DNA of 45,482 nt from Octopus sinensis. Taxonomy: Eukaryota. The stretch is taken from the NCBI RefSeq assembly GCF_006345805.1, contig NW_021834823.1, positions 1-45,482 of the forward strand, written 5' to 3'. This document shows, piece after piece, positions 1-11,539 of this stretch; positions within the stretch are counted from its first letter, which is position 1, and the number at the start of each line of letters is the position of its first letter. The position numbers and the translations under genes were made by a program. The notes under the pieces were generated by a model. That model worked only from the letters and a program-made list of their open reading frames with translations, made no database searches and was not told the DNA's origin.

Positions 1-28
1 GTAAGAGCAGCAAACCAATAGGTTTGGA

Positions 29-440
29 AAGGCAGTGAGCTGCCAGAAATGTTAGCACGCTGGGCAAAATGCTTACTGGTATTTCGTCTGCCGCTATGTT
101 CTGAGTTCAAATTCCGCCGAGGCTGACTTGCCTTTCATCCTTTCGGGGTCGATTAAATAAGTACAGGTTATGCACTGGGGTCAAAATAATCGACTTAATC
201 CGTTTGTCAGTCCTTGCTTGTCCTCTCTGTGTTTAGCCCCTTGTTGGTAGTAAAGAAATAGGTATTTCATCTACCGCTATGTTCTGAGTTCAAATTCCGC
301 CGAGGTTGACTTTGCTTTTCATCCTTTCGGGGTCGATTAAATAAGTACCAGTTACGCACTGGGGTCGATATAATCGATTTAATCCGTTTGACTGTCCTTG
401 TTTATCCTCTTTGTGTTTAGCCCCTTGTGGGTAGTAAAGA
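29..440 (+). mobile_element. tRNA-derived SINE family A (Meta-domain-like core), dimer: full unit plus headless second unit
   Basis: Box A-like TGCCAGAAATGTTAG, box B GAGTTCAAATTCC, core GCCTTTCATCCTTTCGGGGTCGAT..AAGTAC; second unit starts at 261 (period 183); 12-bp direct repeat AATAGGTTTGGA at 17-28 and 441-452 (TSD). Confidence 0.85.
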
Positions 441-659
441 AATAGGTTTGGAGGAGCAGTATATATCAAAAGTTTAAGGGAAAAGCTAGCTCATGAGTGT
501 TAATCTGGGGTTGGGAATTGTTAGTTTGGGATCATATTTTTATTAGTCAGGTAACTCTTTTTAGAGGACATAATCTAAGATATGTCTACATGGTGCCATC
601 ACAATAGAAGTAGTGTAATGTCTTTGCTCAAAGATTTGCTTGATTGAAGAATAACAATC

Positions 660-850
660 TTTTGGCTGCTATTTCTAAAATTTTCGGTATGTGGTCAAGC
701 AACTTATTGCTAAACCCTTAATTATTGTTATAATTATATATAAAAAAATACTTTTTGTATAAGTTTTTACCGAATATGGTTCTTTTCCATATCGAAAACT
801 ACTTAGTAAAATTTGTTAATTTTATAAAATTAATAACTTTTTACCCTATA
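660..850 (-). mobile_element. AT-rich interspersed element next to (TA)n, same family as 27362-27592
   Basis: Shares CGGTATGTGGT.AAGCAA and AGAAATAGC.GC motifs with 27362-27592 in the opposite orientation. Confidence 0.55.
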
Positions 851-858
851 TATATATA

Positions 859-903
<45 letters not shown>

Positions 904-1009
904 GAATTAAAGTTAATGCTATGCTACTTATAAATAATCCTTCTCTTCATTTTCTTCTTCTCTCCTTCTTGTTATCTGTTACTGGTGCTGTTTTGCACCG
1001 GTACTTTTG

Positions 1010-1243
1010 AGGTGGCATGAAGCTGGCAGAAAAGTTAGCACGCCGGGCAAAATGCTTTGCGGTATTTCGTCTGCGTTACGTTCTGAGTTCAAATTCCGCC
1101 GAGGTCAACTTTGCCTTTCATCCTTTCAGGGTTGATTAAGTAAGTACCAGTTACGCACTGGGGTCGATATAATCGACTTAGTCCATTTGTCTGTCCTTGT
1201 TTGTCCTCTCTGTGTTTAACCCCTTGTGGGTAGTAAAGAAATA
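1010..1243 (+). mobile_element. SINE family A, single copy (older or other copies at about 1530-1720-, 18415-18630-, 18715-18875-, 19025-20012- interrupted, 36326-36555-, 39268-39485+, 40238-40458+)
   Basis: Near-identical to the unit at 29-260. Confidence 0.85.
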
Positions 1244-1754
1244 GGTGCTTTTAATGTGACACTGGCATGAGCATAAAATGATAATATTAATGATAATAAT
1301 AACGATGATGATGATGGTGTATATGTGTGTATGTGTGTTGTGTATCTCCATTGCTTGATAACTAGTGTTGGTTAGTTTACATCCTTTGCAATTCTGCAGA
1401 AGTGAATGATAAAATTAAAAAATTAGAAAAAAACTGAAGTGAGTTGGAGTTATTCAGCTGAAGTCTTTATGATGGTGCTCCAACATGGCTGTAACCAAAT
1501 GAGTGAAACGTGGAATATTGATTTCATATTTTGGCACACAGCCAGCAATTTCAGGGTCAGTCAGTAAGTTGATTGCATTGACCCCAGTACATGATTGGTA
1601 CTTATTTTAGCAACCCTGAAAGGATGAAGGGCAAAGTTGACCTCAACAGAACTTGAACTCAGCAGAAATACTGAGTAGCATTTTTTCCTGGCTTGCTGAT
1701 GATTCTGCCAGCTTCCTAACCTTGAAACAAGTCGAATATTAAAAGAACAAAAAG

Positions 1755-2316
1755 AGGAGTGGCTGTGTGGTAAGTAGCTTGTTTACCAACACATGGTTTC
1801 AGGGTTCACGTCCCAACTGTGTGGCACCTTGGGCAATTGTCTTCTACTATAGCCTCAGGCTGACCAAAGCCTTGTGAGTGGATTTGGTAGATGGAAACTG
1901 AAAGGAAGCCCATCGTATATATATAATATATATATATATTATATATATATAAACATTAATATATAAACAATTAACCTTTAAAGGTATTTTTTAATATGCT
2001 GGCCATTGATAAAATTTTTTCAAAAAAGAATTTTATCCTAAATTAGATTTTTTCAAAAAAAAATTTATCCTAAATTAGATATATATATATATATAGGGGG
2101 GGGGGGTTGTGTCTGTGTTTGTTCCCCTAGCATTGCTTGACAACCGATGCTGGTGTGTTTATGTCCCTTTTACTTAGCAGTTCAGCAAAAGAGACCAATA
2201 GAATAAGTACTGGGCTTACAAAGAATAAGTCCCGGGGTCGTGTTGCTCGACTAAAGGCGGTGCTCCAGCATGGCCGCAGTCAAATGACTGAAACAAGTAA
2301 AAGAGTAAAAGAGTAA
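1755..2316 (+). mobile_element. tRNA-derived SINE family B with central (TA)/(TG) microsatellite and AAAGAGT tail
   Basis: Head GGAGTGGCTGTGTGGTAAG..GGTTCA, CORE-like GGCACCTTGGGCAA, 3' GCTCCAGCATGGCCGCAGTCAAATGACTGAAACAAGTAAAAGAG; more than 10 copies in the window; AT-rich insertion in the middle. Confidence 0.85.
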
Positions 2317-2530
2317 TATGAGAACTTACAGATCTTTTACAAGATTTCTAACATCAAGGTTTTGAATTAAGTACCCAAAAGTCACCAAAGACATGCGTTA
2401 AGATGTCTGGTACCATAAATTCTTTATTTTGTTTTCACTTTTGATAGTCTTTCTACACTTTTTACACATCACACACCAAAGTAGAAATATTCTTGCAAAC
2501 ACATACATACTCATGCCAATGCATATGTAT

Positions 2531-2924
2531 GGATGGAAGCACTCCGTCGGTTACGATGACGAGGGTTCCGGTTGATCCGAATCAACGGAACAGCCTGCTC
2601 GTGAAATTAACGTGTAAGTGGCTGAGCAATCCACAGACACGTGTACCTTAACGTAGTTCTCGGGGATATTCAGCGTGACACAGAGAATGACAAGGCCGGC
2701 CCTTTGAAATACACAAGGTACAAACAGAAGAAACAGGAAGTAAGAGTGAGAGAAAGTTGTGGTGAAAGAGTACAGCAGGGATCACCACCATCCCCTGCCG
2801 GAGCCTCATTGAGCTTTTAGGTGTTTTCGCTCAATAAACACTCACAACGCCCGGTCTGGGAATCGAAACCACGATCCTATGACCGCGAGTCCGCTGCCCT
2901 AACCACTGGGCCAATGCACCTCCA
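2531..2924 (-). mobile_element. tRNA(Arg)-like SINE family C (resembles octopus OR-type SINEs), full length
   Basis: Reverse complement begins GTGGAGGTGCATTGGCCCAGTGGTTAGGGCAGCGGACTCGCGGTC..GGTTTCGATTCCC (box A, TCG anticodon-like loop, box B); other copies at 14657-15008+, 28847-29233-, 37445-37838-, 38162-38549+. Confidence 0.85.
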
Positions 2925-3059
2925 CTTTATGCCCAAATACCTGTGTGATCAGAAGTTTGAAAAAAAGGTAAAATATTCAATAAATACAGATTTCCCCGGC
3001 CATAAAAATAGTTCTTGAAATTAATGTAATGAGAAAACACAAAATATTTACACACTGAG

Positions 3060-3323
3060 GTGCAGGAGTGGCTGTGTGGTAAGTAGCTTGCTTACGAACC
3101 ACATGGTTCCAGGTTCAGTCCCATTGCATGGCACCTTGGGCAAGTGTCTTCTACTATGTGGTGAAAGAGTACAGCAGGGATCACCACCATCCCCTGCCGG
3201 AGCCTCATGGAGCTTTAGGTGTTTTCGCTCAATAAACACTCACAACGCCCGGTCTGGGAATGGAAACCGCGATCCTATGACCGCGAGTCCGCTGCCCTGA
3301 CTACTGGGCCATTGCGCCTCCAC
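3060..3323. mobile_element. SINE B head (+, 3060-3156) fused to SINE C head (-, 3157-3323)
   Basis: Abrupt switch CTACTA|TGTGGTGAAAGAG between the two family consensus sequences. Confidence 0.8.
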
Positions 3324-3574
3324 GCATATGTATACACACAAACACATACAACTACATATATACACCCGTGCATCTCCTTAGTTCTTTAATAAGTAGTTTA
3401 TCCGGTCTTTTCTCCGCGGTCTTCCATCCCACCATCTCCGCCTGACAAAATTCTAACAATGGCCAGAAGATAATCATTCTAATAAGTGAATTATTAGAGA
3501 CTGCAAGATTGCAATCCATAAACCAAAAAAAAAAAATCTTTCAAAAAATTATATCCGAGAATTGTGTGCGCATA

Positions 3575-3795
3575 TGCATGTGTGTGTGTGTGCATGTGTG
3601 TGTGTATGCATGTGTGTGTGTGTGTGCATGCATGCATATATGTGTATGTTCCTCTGTGTGTCTGCATATAAATGTATACACACGCACACACACAGACATG
3701 TATATATATGAATATATATTATATATAAAACTATATAAATATACTTGTATGTGCTTGTGCAAGTATATATATATATATTTGTGTGTGTGTCTGTA

Positions 3796-3835
<40 letters not shown>

Positions 3836-4200
3836 TACCCACACACACTCACACACATGTATATATATATATATGAATATATATATTATACATATAAATA
3901 TTATAAATATACTTGTATGTGCTTGTGCAAGTATGTATATATTTATATATATATTTATTTGTGTGTGTGTCTCTGTATGTATATATATATATATGCACAC
4001 ACACACACACACACACACACATAAATATACATATATATGCACACACACACACATATATATACACACACACACATATATACACACACACATATATATATAT
4101 ACACACACACATATATCTATATATACACACACACATATATGTATATATACATATATATAATAAATGCATGTGTGTATATGTACATATATGTATGAGTGTG
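3575..4200. repeat. Compound (TG)n/(TA)n/(CA)n microsatellite field with an internal tandem duplication of about 160-180 bp
   Basis: TAAATATACTTGTATGTGCTTGTGCAAGTAT occurs at about 3736 and about 3904. Confidence 0.9.
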
Positions 4201-4849
4201 TATCATATGACTCAATTGTGTTTTGTTGTGGTTTTATTTGTACGGTTTATTTCCAACAAAAACGGTAAAAACCTCAATCTCGTGGGTAATGTTATTGAAG
4301 GAAAAGATTGCACATAACCAAAAATATTCTACCAGGAATTAGATAAAATGGATGCAACATCGAATCAACTCCAAACCCCAACCTACCTCCCAGAAAAAAA
4401 CTGAAAAAATACCCCCAAAAAACACTAAATTTATATCAGAAACAAAAAGAAAAAAACCAAAACAGAAATATCTGAACTTGGATTTTTTTTCCTAGTAAAT
4501 AAAATTACCATTTTTTTTCTAAAATTGATATTAACCATTTCCAAAAAATTTCTTCTTCGCCATTTCCATCCACTTAGAACAATATTAATCTGGCTTGTTT
4601 ACAACCAGCGAAAAATCTTATTTCATTTTATGATTGAAATAGATATGCTAATGAGTTCCTATCAGAGAAGATGCAATTATATATCTTAATTATTAAGAAA
4701 ATCTTGTAAGTGATAATTTTTTTGATGTAGGTCGTTTTTGGATTGGGGATTTTGCAAGTATCTTAGACTCCAGTAAATTCCTTTTGTTATTTATCTGTTT
4801 TTTTTTTCTCTTTATTCTGTTTTTTTTCCTGCTATTTTTCGATTCTATG

Positions 4850-5735
4850 AATGGCTAAGTGGTCAGAGTGACAGGCTTATAATCATGAGGTAGTGAGTTT
4901 GATTCCTGGGCTGAGCTATGTGTTGTGTGTGAAGGTGCTTGGCTGAGTGGTTAGTGTCAGGCTCATAATCATAAGTTAGTGGGTTCAATTCCTAGATAGG
5001 ATTGTGTTGTGTGTGAAAGTGTATGACTTAGTTGCTAGAGAGTCAAGCTAACAATCATGACATAGTGAGTTCAATTCTCAGACCAAGCTATTCATTTATT
5101 CATTTACTTGTTTCAGTCATTTGACTGTGGCCATGCTGGAGCACCACCTTTAGTCGAGGAAATCGACCCCAGGACTTATTCTTTGTAAGCCCAGTACTTA
5201 TTCTATCAGTCTCTTTGCCGAACCGCTAAGTTACGGGGACATACACACACCAGCATCGGTTGTAAAGCGATGTTGGGGGAGGGGGGCAAACACAACACAC
5301 AAACATACACACACATATATATATACATATATACGACGGGCTTCTTTCAGTTTCCGTCTCCCAAATCCACTCACAAGGCTTTGGTCAGCCCGAGGCTATA
5401 GCAGAAAACACTTGCCCAAGGTGCCACGCAGTGGGACTGAACCCGGAACCATGTGGTTGGTAAACAAGCTACTTACCACACAGCCACTCCTACACCTATG
5501 TGTTGAGTTCTTGAGCAAGACACTTTATTTCACATTGCTCCAGTTCCCTCAGCTGTAGAAATGAGTTGCGACGTCACAGGTGCCAAGCTGTATCGGCCCC
5601 TTTGCCTTTCCCTTGGATAACATTGGGCACATGGAATGTGGAGGCTGCTATGCATGGGTGACTGCTGGTCTTTCACAAACAGCCTTACCTGCAGTTGTGC
5701 CTTGGAGGGGAACATTCTAGATGCAATCCCACAAA
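4850..5735 (+). mobile_element. CORE-type SINE family E with triplicated tRNA-like head, interrupted by SINE B (-) at about 5095-5497
   Basis: Three consecutive heads (TGGCT.AGTGGT.AG...GTT.ATTC) at about 4852, 4940 and 5023; CORE-like TTCTTGAGCAAGACACTTTATTTCAC..CTCAGCTGTAGAAATGAGT resumes at about 5500; related copy at 10955-11150. Confidence 0.7.
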
Positions 5736-5984
5736 GCTGCTGTACTGTAACGAGCACTTAATTGCAACACCTGAACATGAATACCGCAACTGGAACAAAA
5801 ACTGCAAGTCGTTTGCTGGCTTCAAATGCTGTTGTGAGTCCCATGGTCATTGCAAAAAATATAAACAGAAACATGAGAACTTTGCCAGTGGTAGTCATAC
5901 TCATCTACAACCAAATTTGTCATATGTGTATGTGTGTGTATGTATATATATATATAATATTATATATATTATATATATTTAATA

Positions 5985-6831
5985 ATAGATTTAGATACTT
6001 CCCAAACCTAAAGAGATACATAAACGACAGAACAAAGCGCCAAAAACTTCTTCAAAAACTGTTTGCAAACATTATCGAGTCAACTGTTGAAGCAGTTTTT
6101 TCAAGGTTTGCTAAATTCAGGGAACTGGAAGAGACAGCAAAAGTCATGAAGTTTCTAGACACTACCAAACTAGAAAAACTAAACTTACACTGCATCCTTC
6201 AAAACTTCCATGCTTTCTGAGATTCGTCAACACTACACCTGATTTTCTCCCCTCCATACACACACAAGCATGTATCTGACTCATACAGTGTTCACTTCCC
6301 AGACATTTGTACATTACTGCATATGCTTTATATGCACTTTTGACAAGTTGTGGTGCACCTGAGCAGTGTATACAATAATTTCATTATTATTATTAATTAT
6401 TATTTTTTATTATTAAATATTTTCATGGAAAGACATGGTTGATTTTGAAATGCAGTTGGTTGAATTTCAAAATAGCGCAATATGGAAGCAAAAATTTATT
6501 GACCTTAGAGTTGACTTAGAAAATATTGAAAAAAAAGCGATTAGAGAGGAGTGCGGAAAATGAATTATTAAGGACTTGGAATGCCATTCCAGAGATTTTT
6601 TCCATCTCTGCTTAGATGTAACTTTGAAGGTGAAGAAACACATTTTCCATCATTATATACTGTGTTTTACTACTCTATAGTAATTTTTTTATCATTTATT
6701 AACAGAAGTTCTTAACAAGATATCAAGTAGCCTTATATGTTTTCAAATAATTTGGTTAGCACACGGAAAAATTTTTTGTCAGAGACTTTGACAGTTTTGG
6801 AATACCCACTCAAAAAGGTAGCCCACACCCA
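5985..6831 (+). pseudogene. hAT (Charlie/Buster/SPIN, GTF2IRD2/EPM2AIP1-like) transposase C-terminal relic with 3' terminal inverted repeat
   Basis: FRYFPNLKRY..FSRFAKFRELEE..KLEKLNL (5985-6186), continuing after an insertion as FSWKDMVDFEMQLVEFQNSAIWKQKFIDLRVDLENIE..ENELLRTWNAIPE (6420-6600); end AAAAAGGTAGCCCACACC is the reverse complement of a hAT-type CAGG.GTGGGC.ACC terminus. Confidence 0.7.
6187..6413 (+). mobile_element. CR1/L2-like LINE 3' end inserted into the hAT relic
   Basis: ORF2-like end TASFKTSMLSEIRQHYT*, short 3' UTR, (ATT)n tail; it splits the transposase reading at a TTA. Confidence 0.55.
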
Positions 6832-7953
6832 GTCTGGCCTTTAGTAAAAGACACTTGCCGGATCTTTTCCTTTTGAACGGCACTTTTCAACGCAATTTCT
6901 AGTTAACTAAACACTTTTAAACTTCGTATACTTGTAGAATGTGTTTATAAAACATCATTTTTTCTTGGCTTTATTGAGAAAATTCTATATGTTGTAACAT
7001 TCTGCTACGGAAAATGGGATTTTTTTCTTGCGGTGTCAAATGAAATTGTCACTCATAATTATGGCCCTGGTATCGATCTATTGCATTTCAATTTATTTTA
7101 GATTTAGGGTTAGAGTTAGGGTTAGTTAGGGTTAGGGGTGGGGGAAGGGTATCTTTTTTTCTTCACAAATGTAAATAAACCCAATCTGTTTCTTAAAGGA
7201 GGGACATATTCATTATGCACAGAATGTTATTTACCTAAATGGACGTCAGCGATTTGTTAAAATTGCTGAAATGCTCGAAATTAAAGACGAAATATCTTAC
7301 AACATATAGAATTTTCTCAATAAAGCCAAGAGAAAATGATGTTTTATAAACACATTCTACCAGTATACGAAGTTTAAAACTTTTTAGTTACCTAGAAATT
7401 ATGTTACAAAGTGTCGTTCAACAGGAAAAGATCCCACTTGCCACAGGTGGCACGCTGCGAAAATGAACCCAAGACTGTATGATTGGTAAACAAGCTTCTC
7501 TACCGTATGGCCACGTCTGTGCTTGTATGTAATTTCATTGCTAATTTTCTTTTTTGGAAATCAAGCAACCATGGATAGCAACACCTTTTATTGGCTCATC
7601 TCCAGGTCATTAGAGGGAGGGCTGGTTGTGGCTATTGCTGTTTCTGATACAAAGATATTCTTTGCCAGTTTTGGAACACCCACTCAAAAAGGTAGCCCAC
7701 ACCTGGTCTGGCTTTAGAAAAAGACACTTGCCAAAGGTGGCACACTGCGAAAATGAACCCAAGACTGTATAATTGGTAAACAAGCTTCTCTACCATATGG
7801 CCACGTCTGTGCTTGTATGTGTAATTTCATTGCTAATTTTCTTTGTTTGGAAATCAAGCAACCATGGATAGCAACACCTTTTATTGCTCATCTCCAGGTC
7901 ATTAGAGGGAGGGCTGGTTGTGGCTATTGCTGTTTCCGATACAAAGATATTCT
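6787..7953 (+). repeat. Local tandem duplication of about 295 bp (copy 1 = 6787-6859 plus 7435-7662; copy 2 = 7660-7953)
   Basis: Direct near-identity, e.g. CTGCGAAAATGAACCCAAGACTGTAT twice; includes the hAT end and an old SINE B head (-). Confidence 0.9.
6860..7434. mobile_element. MITE (non-autonomous DNA transposon), TIRs of about 140 bp starting GGATCTTTTCC, 8-bp TSD CACTTGCC
   Basis: TIRs at 6860-6997 and about 7297-7434; TSD at 6852-6859 and 7435-7442; internal TTAGGG-like run; superfamily (Merlin/MULE/hAT) not determinable by eye. Confidence 0.9.
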
Positions 7954-8059
7954 TAATTTCCTGGAGATTTCAAAACTGTGCATCGATGAGCAATTCCTGA
8001 CAACATCTAATGAAGCAAAAATCTGCGTGATTGATTTCATTTTACATGAATTTCAATTA

Positions 8060-8090
<31 letters not shown>

Positions 8091-8639
8091 TAATAATAAT
8101 ATTAATAATAATAATAATAATAACAATAATAATAATAGCAATGATAATAATGATAATAAATGAATAAATAGATAAAATAGATATTGTATAAAATATATAT
8201 AAATATAAAACAAGAAATCAAAATATGATTATTTCTGAATGTAAGCATTGAAATTAAAAAAATTGAAAAATACAAAAAATATATATATAAATGTAATTCT
8301 GAAAAAAATATGTATATAAAAATTTGAAAAAAATATTAGAATTTAATTATAAACATATAATTTCAAAAATGTAAAAATATAAATATAAACATACATGCAT
8401 AAAAGCATATGTACGTACATATATAGATATCTACATATCTACACATATATATATATATATATATATATGCTTACGTACTCATACCCATGGAAACAGAGAA
8501 ATGATGGACCTATACAAGAAGTAGAGAAGTGCACATTGAGACAATGGTGATGGTGTGATGATGATGATGATGATGATGATGATATGATTATAAATAGTTA
8601 GATAGAGAAACAGAGAGATAAACTGATATATAGATAATC

Positions 8640-8680
<41 letters not shown>

Positions 8681-8719
8681 TATAAATATATATATACATA
8701 TATAAATATATATATATTA

Positions 8720-8751
<32 letters not shown>

Positions 8752-8768
8752 AATATATATATATTACA

Positions 8769-8800
<32 letters not shown>

Positions 8801-9015
8801 ATATATATATATACATATATAATATACATATATAATATATATACATATAAATATATATATATATACATATATATATATACATAAATATATATATATACAT
8901 ATATATATATACATATATATATATATACATAAATATATATATATATACATAAATATATATATATACAATATATATATATACATATATATATAAATATATA
9001 TATACATATATATAT

Positions 9016-9050
<35 letters not shown>

Positions 9051-9070
9051 CTCACACACACACACCACAC
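8640..9070. repeat. (TA)n-rich compound microsatellite (similar fields at 13670-14160, 25375-25565, 26330-26690, 43080-43600)
   Basis: Direct reading. Confidence 0.95.
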
Positions 9071-9621
9071 AGACATACATGTGCATACACACAAGTGCAT
9101 ATATATAATACACTAGTTGAATTTATTATAAAATAAATTTACATTGAGAGCAATCAATATTGAAAAGTGATTCCATTTATTGTGGCGGTGCCATCATTTT
9201 GTATGGGAAGTCACAGACACCGAGTAAGAATTCCTGTTCTCTTTTACTTTTAAAAAATGAACAATTTGTGAAGTTGTTGTGTGTGTGAGGAGGGTGGTGT
9301 GTCATGCAGTGCTGTGGGGGTGGGGTCAAGTAGTCTGTTGCTTCTTGTAAAAAAAAAAATGAATTTGGTTCAAGAATTTATAAATTGCCATCAAGAAATA
9401 AATGGTGATTCTTAATATTTTCACAAAACTGGATGGCTTTTTTTTTTTTTTGGTGATTTTTTTTGTTGTCTCTTCAAGTCTTAAAATTTTATTTATTATC
9501 ATTATTGTTGTTGTTGTTGTTATTCACTTGACAGAAAATGATTAAGTTCGTTAATTGAGATTTTTTTGGATGCTGTGTTTGGCAGATATAATAGAATCAC
9601 AACCATGCTGTCATTGTCATT

Positions 9622-10196
9622 CCCCATCCTCTCCCTCCACTTCCTCTTCCTCCTCCTCTCCCTCCTCTTCTTCCTCCTCTTCCTCCTCCTCTCCCTCCCC
9701 TTCTTCTTCCTCTCCCTCCTCTCCTTCCTCTTCTTCTTTCTCCTCTTCTTCCCCTTCTTCTTCTTCTTCTTCTTCTTCCTCTCCCTCCTCTCCTTCCTCT
9801 TCTTCTTTCTCCTCTTCTTCCCCTTCTTCTTCTTCTTCTCTTCTTCTTCTTCTTCCTCTCCCTCCTCTCCTTCCTCTTATTCTACCTCCTATTCTTCCTC
9901 CTCCTTTTCCTCCTCTTCCTCCTCCTCTTCCTCCTCCTCTTCCTCCTCCTCCTCTCCTCTTCTTCCTCCTCTCCCTCTCTTCTTCCTCCTCTTCTTCTTC
10001 CTCTCCCTCCTCTCCTCCTCTCCTTCCTCTTCTGTCTCCTCTTCTTCCCCTTCTTCTTCTCTTCTTCTTCTTCTTCCTCTCCCTCCTCTCCTTCCTCTTA
10101 TTCTACCTCCTATTCTTCCTCCTCCTTTTCCTCCTCTTCCTCTTCCTCCTCCTCCTCTCCTCCTCCTCCTCTCCTCCTCCTCCTCCTCCTCCACCA
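9622..10196. repeat. Polypyrimidine (CTT/CCT)n tract of about 570 bp with internal duplications
   Basis: Almost purine-free; the block CCTCTTATTCTACCTCCTATTCTTCCTCCTCC occurs at about 9873 and about 10094. Confidence 0.95.
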
Positions 10197-10234
10197 CCAT
10201 CATCATCATCATCATCATTGTAGCTGTGGTCATT

Positions 10235-10474
10235 GCTGTTCATATTGATTTTCTCAAGTTCAGTCTTATCTTCGCAGGATTCCTGTGGGTAGCAGGTTCC
10301 TACCTTTAACCTTAGGTATATCCACAATATTTCAATAGTCTTTCAAGTGCTTAAGACCCTCCTGATAACCTTTCCTGTCCCTCTACAGGAAGTTCCGTTC
10401 CAATCTTCAACCATTTGTCTCTTTCATTGCCTACAGTTCCCAATGCACCCATTATTATAGGCACAACCTTTACA

Positions 10475-10476
<2 letters not shown>
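10235..10476 (-). mobile_element. R4/Dong-type (restriction-like endonuclease) non-LTR retrotransposon 3' fragment
   Basis: Minus-strand TVKVVPIIMGALGTV...GTGKVIRRVLST* matches the RLE C-terminus; flanked by (TAA)n and (GAT)n. Confidence 0.7.
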
Positions 10477-10506
<30 letters not shown>

Positions 10507-10518
10507 CATTATTATTCT

Positions 10519-10906
10519 TTGGTCCAGGCCTCATCAACTTTTTCAAGTTCCACTTGAAAAGGAAGATGAGAGTAGAGAGGGAAGTGCTGTCTGATAGCAA
10601 GTTTTCTGAAAGGTGGATAAATGTCGCAAGAATGGCCAGTATGAAAGGAGCCATTCTGAGGCTACACCTGTGATTTGAAAAGGTAATATTAAAGGAGAAA
10701 GGGGCTCTCTACCCCCCTTTTGACCAGGAACCTTTTGAAGCACCTCCTCCTACTGGGAGTTTTTCGTTGTTATAATTTTTTATTGTTACATTGTTTTTAC
10801 ACGGTTTTTTACAAACGGACAAAACCCTTTGTAACCTTTCGTCCTGTTTCATCCCTTTTTTGTTATAATTAATTTTTGTCAGCCCTTGTGGCCAATAAAA
10901 GAATTA
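10519..10906 (+). mobile_element. Tx1/L1-clade LINE 3' fragment in (TTA)n
   Basis: GPGLINFFKFHLKRKMRVEREVLSDSKFSERWINVARM..LHL* (F..RW terminal motif), T-rich 3' UTR ending AGCCCTTGTGGCCAATAAAAGAA; (TTA)n on both sides. Confidence 0.6.
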
Positions 10907-10943
<37 letters not shown>

Positions 10944-11539
10944 TATTATTATCATTGCATGGCTCAGTGGTTACAGCATCAGACTGGGTACTGTGTTGTG
11001 TTCTTGAGCAAGACACTTTATTTCATGTTGCTCCAGTTCACTCAGCTGTAGAAATGAGTTGCAACATCACTGGTGCCAAGCTGTATAGGCTTTTTCCTTT
11101 CCTTTGGATAACATCAGTGGCATGGGGAGTGGAGGCTGGTATGCATGGCCAACTGGAGTGCAGCAGCTGTTGAGTCTCTCTTCTGTTCGATGGTGACTGC
11201 TTCTGAACCTCCACTCTAGTCCAAGTGTGACAGCCATTACACATTTGCCCTAGTGTGTGGCAGTCGCTGTATCTCTGCCCTCAACTGAATAGTAACAGCT
11301 GTGGTATTGTACCCTTGCCCTCAACAGGATCATGACAGTTACTACACATCTGCCCTCATGAGTACATTACTATTATGGTATCTCTTCCTCTAATAGGAGT
11401 GTAGCAGCTACTACACATCTTCCCTCATCAGTATATGACAGTTACTGTACTTCTTCCCCCCATAGGAGTCTGACAGCTACAGCATGTCTATTTACGTCAG
11501 TATATATTACAGTTATGGTACCTCTTCCTCCAGTTGGAG

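Noticed and set aside
3494-4317. Many overlapping ORFs rich in Y/I/C/V/H/T (also 8598-9113, 13597-14624, 26093-26775, 43057-43667)
   Set aside because: Translations of dinucleotide microsatellites, which lack stop codons
5757-5925. Short hydrophobic minus-strand ORF MSMTTTGKVLMFLFIFFAMTMG..
   Set aside because: 48 codons, no recognised homology, sandwiched between repeats
7103-7140. Interstitial telomere
   Set aside because: Only a few imperfect TTAGGG units, located inside a MITE
9555-10309. Long Ser/Pro/Leu-rich ORFs
   Set aside because: Polypyrimidine simple repeat, open in several frames
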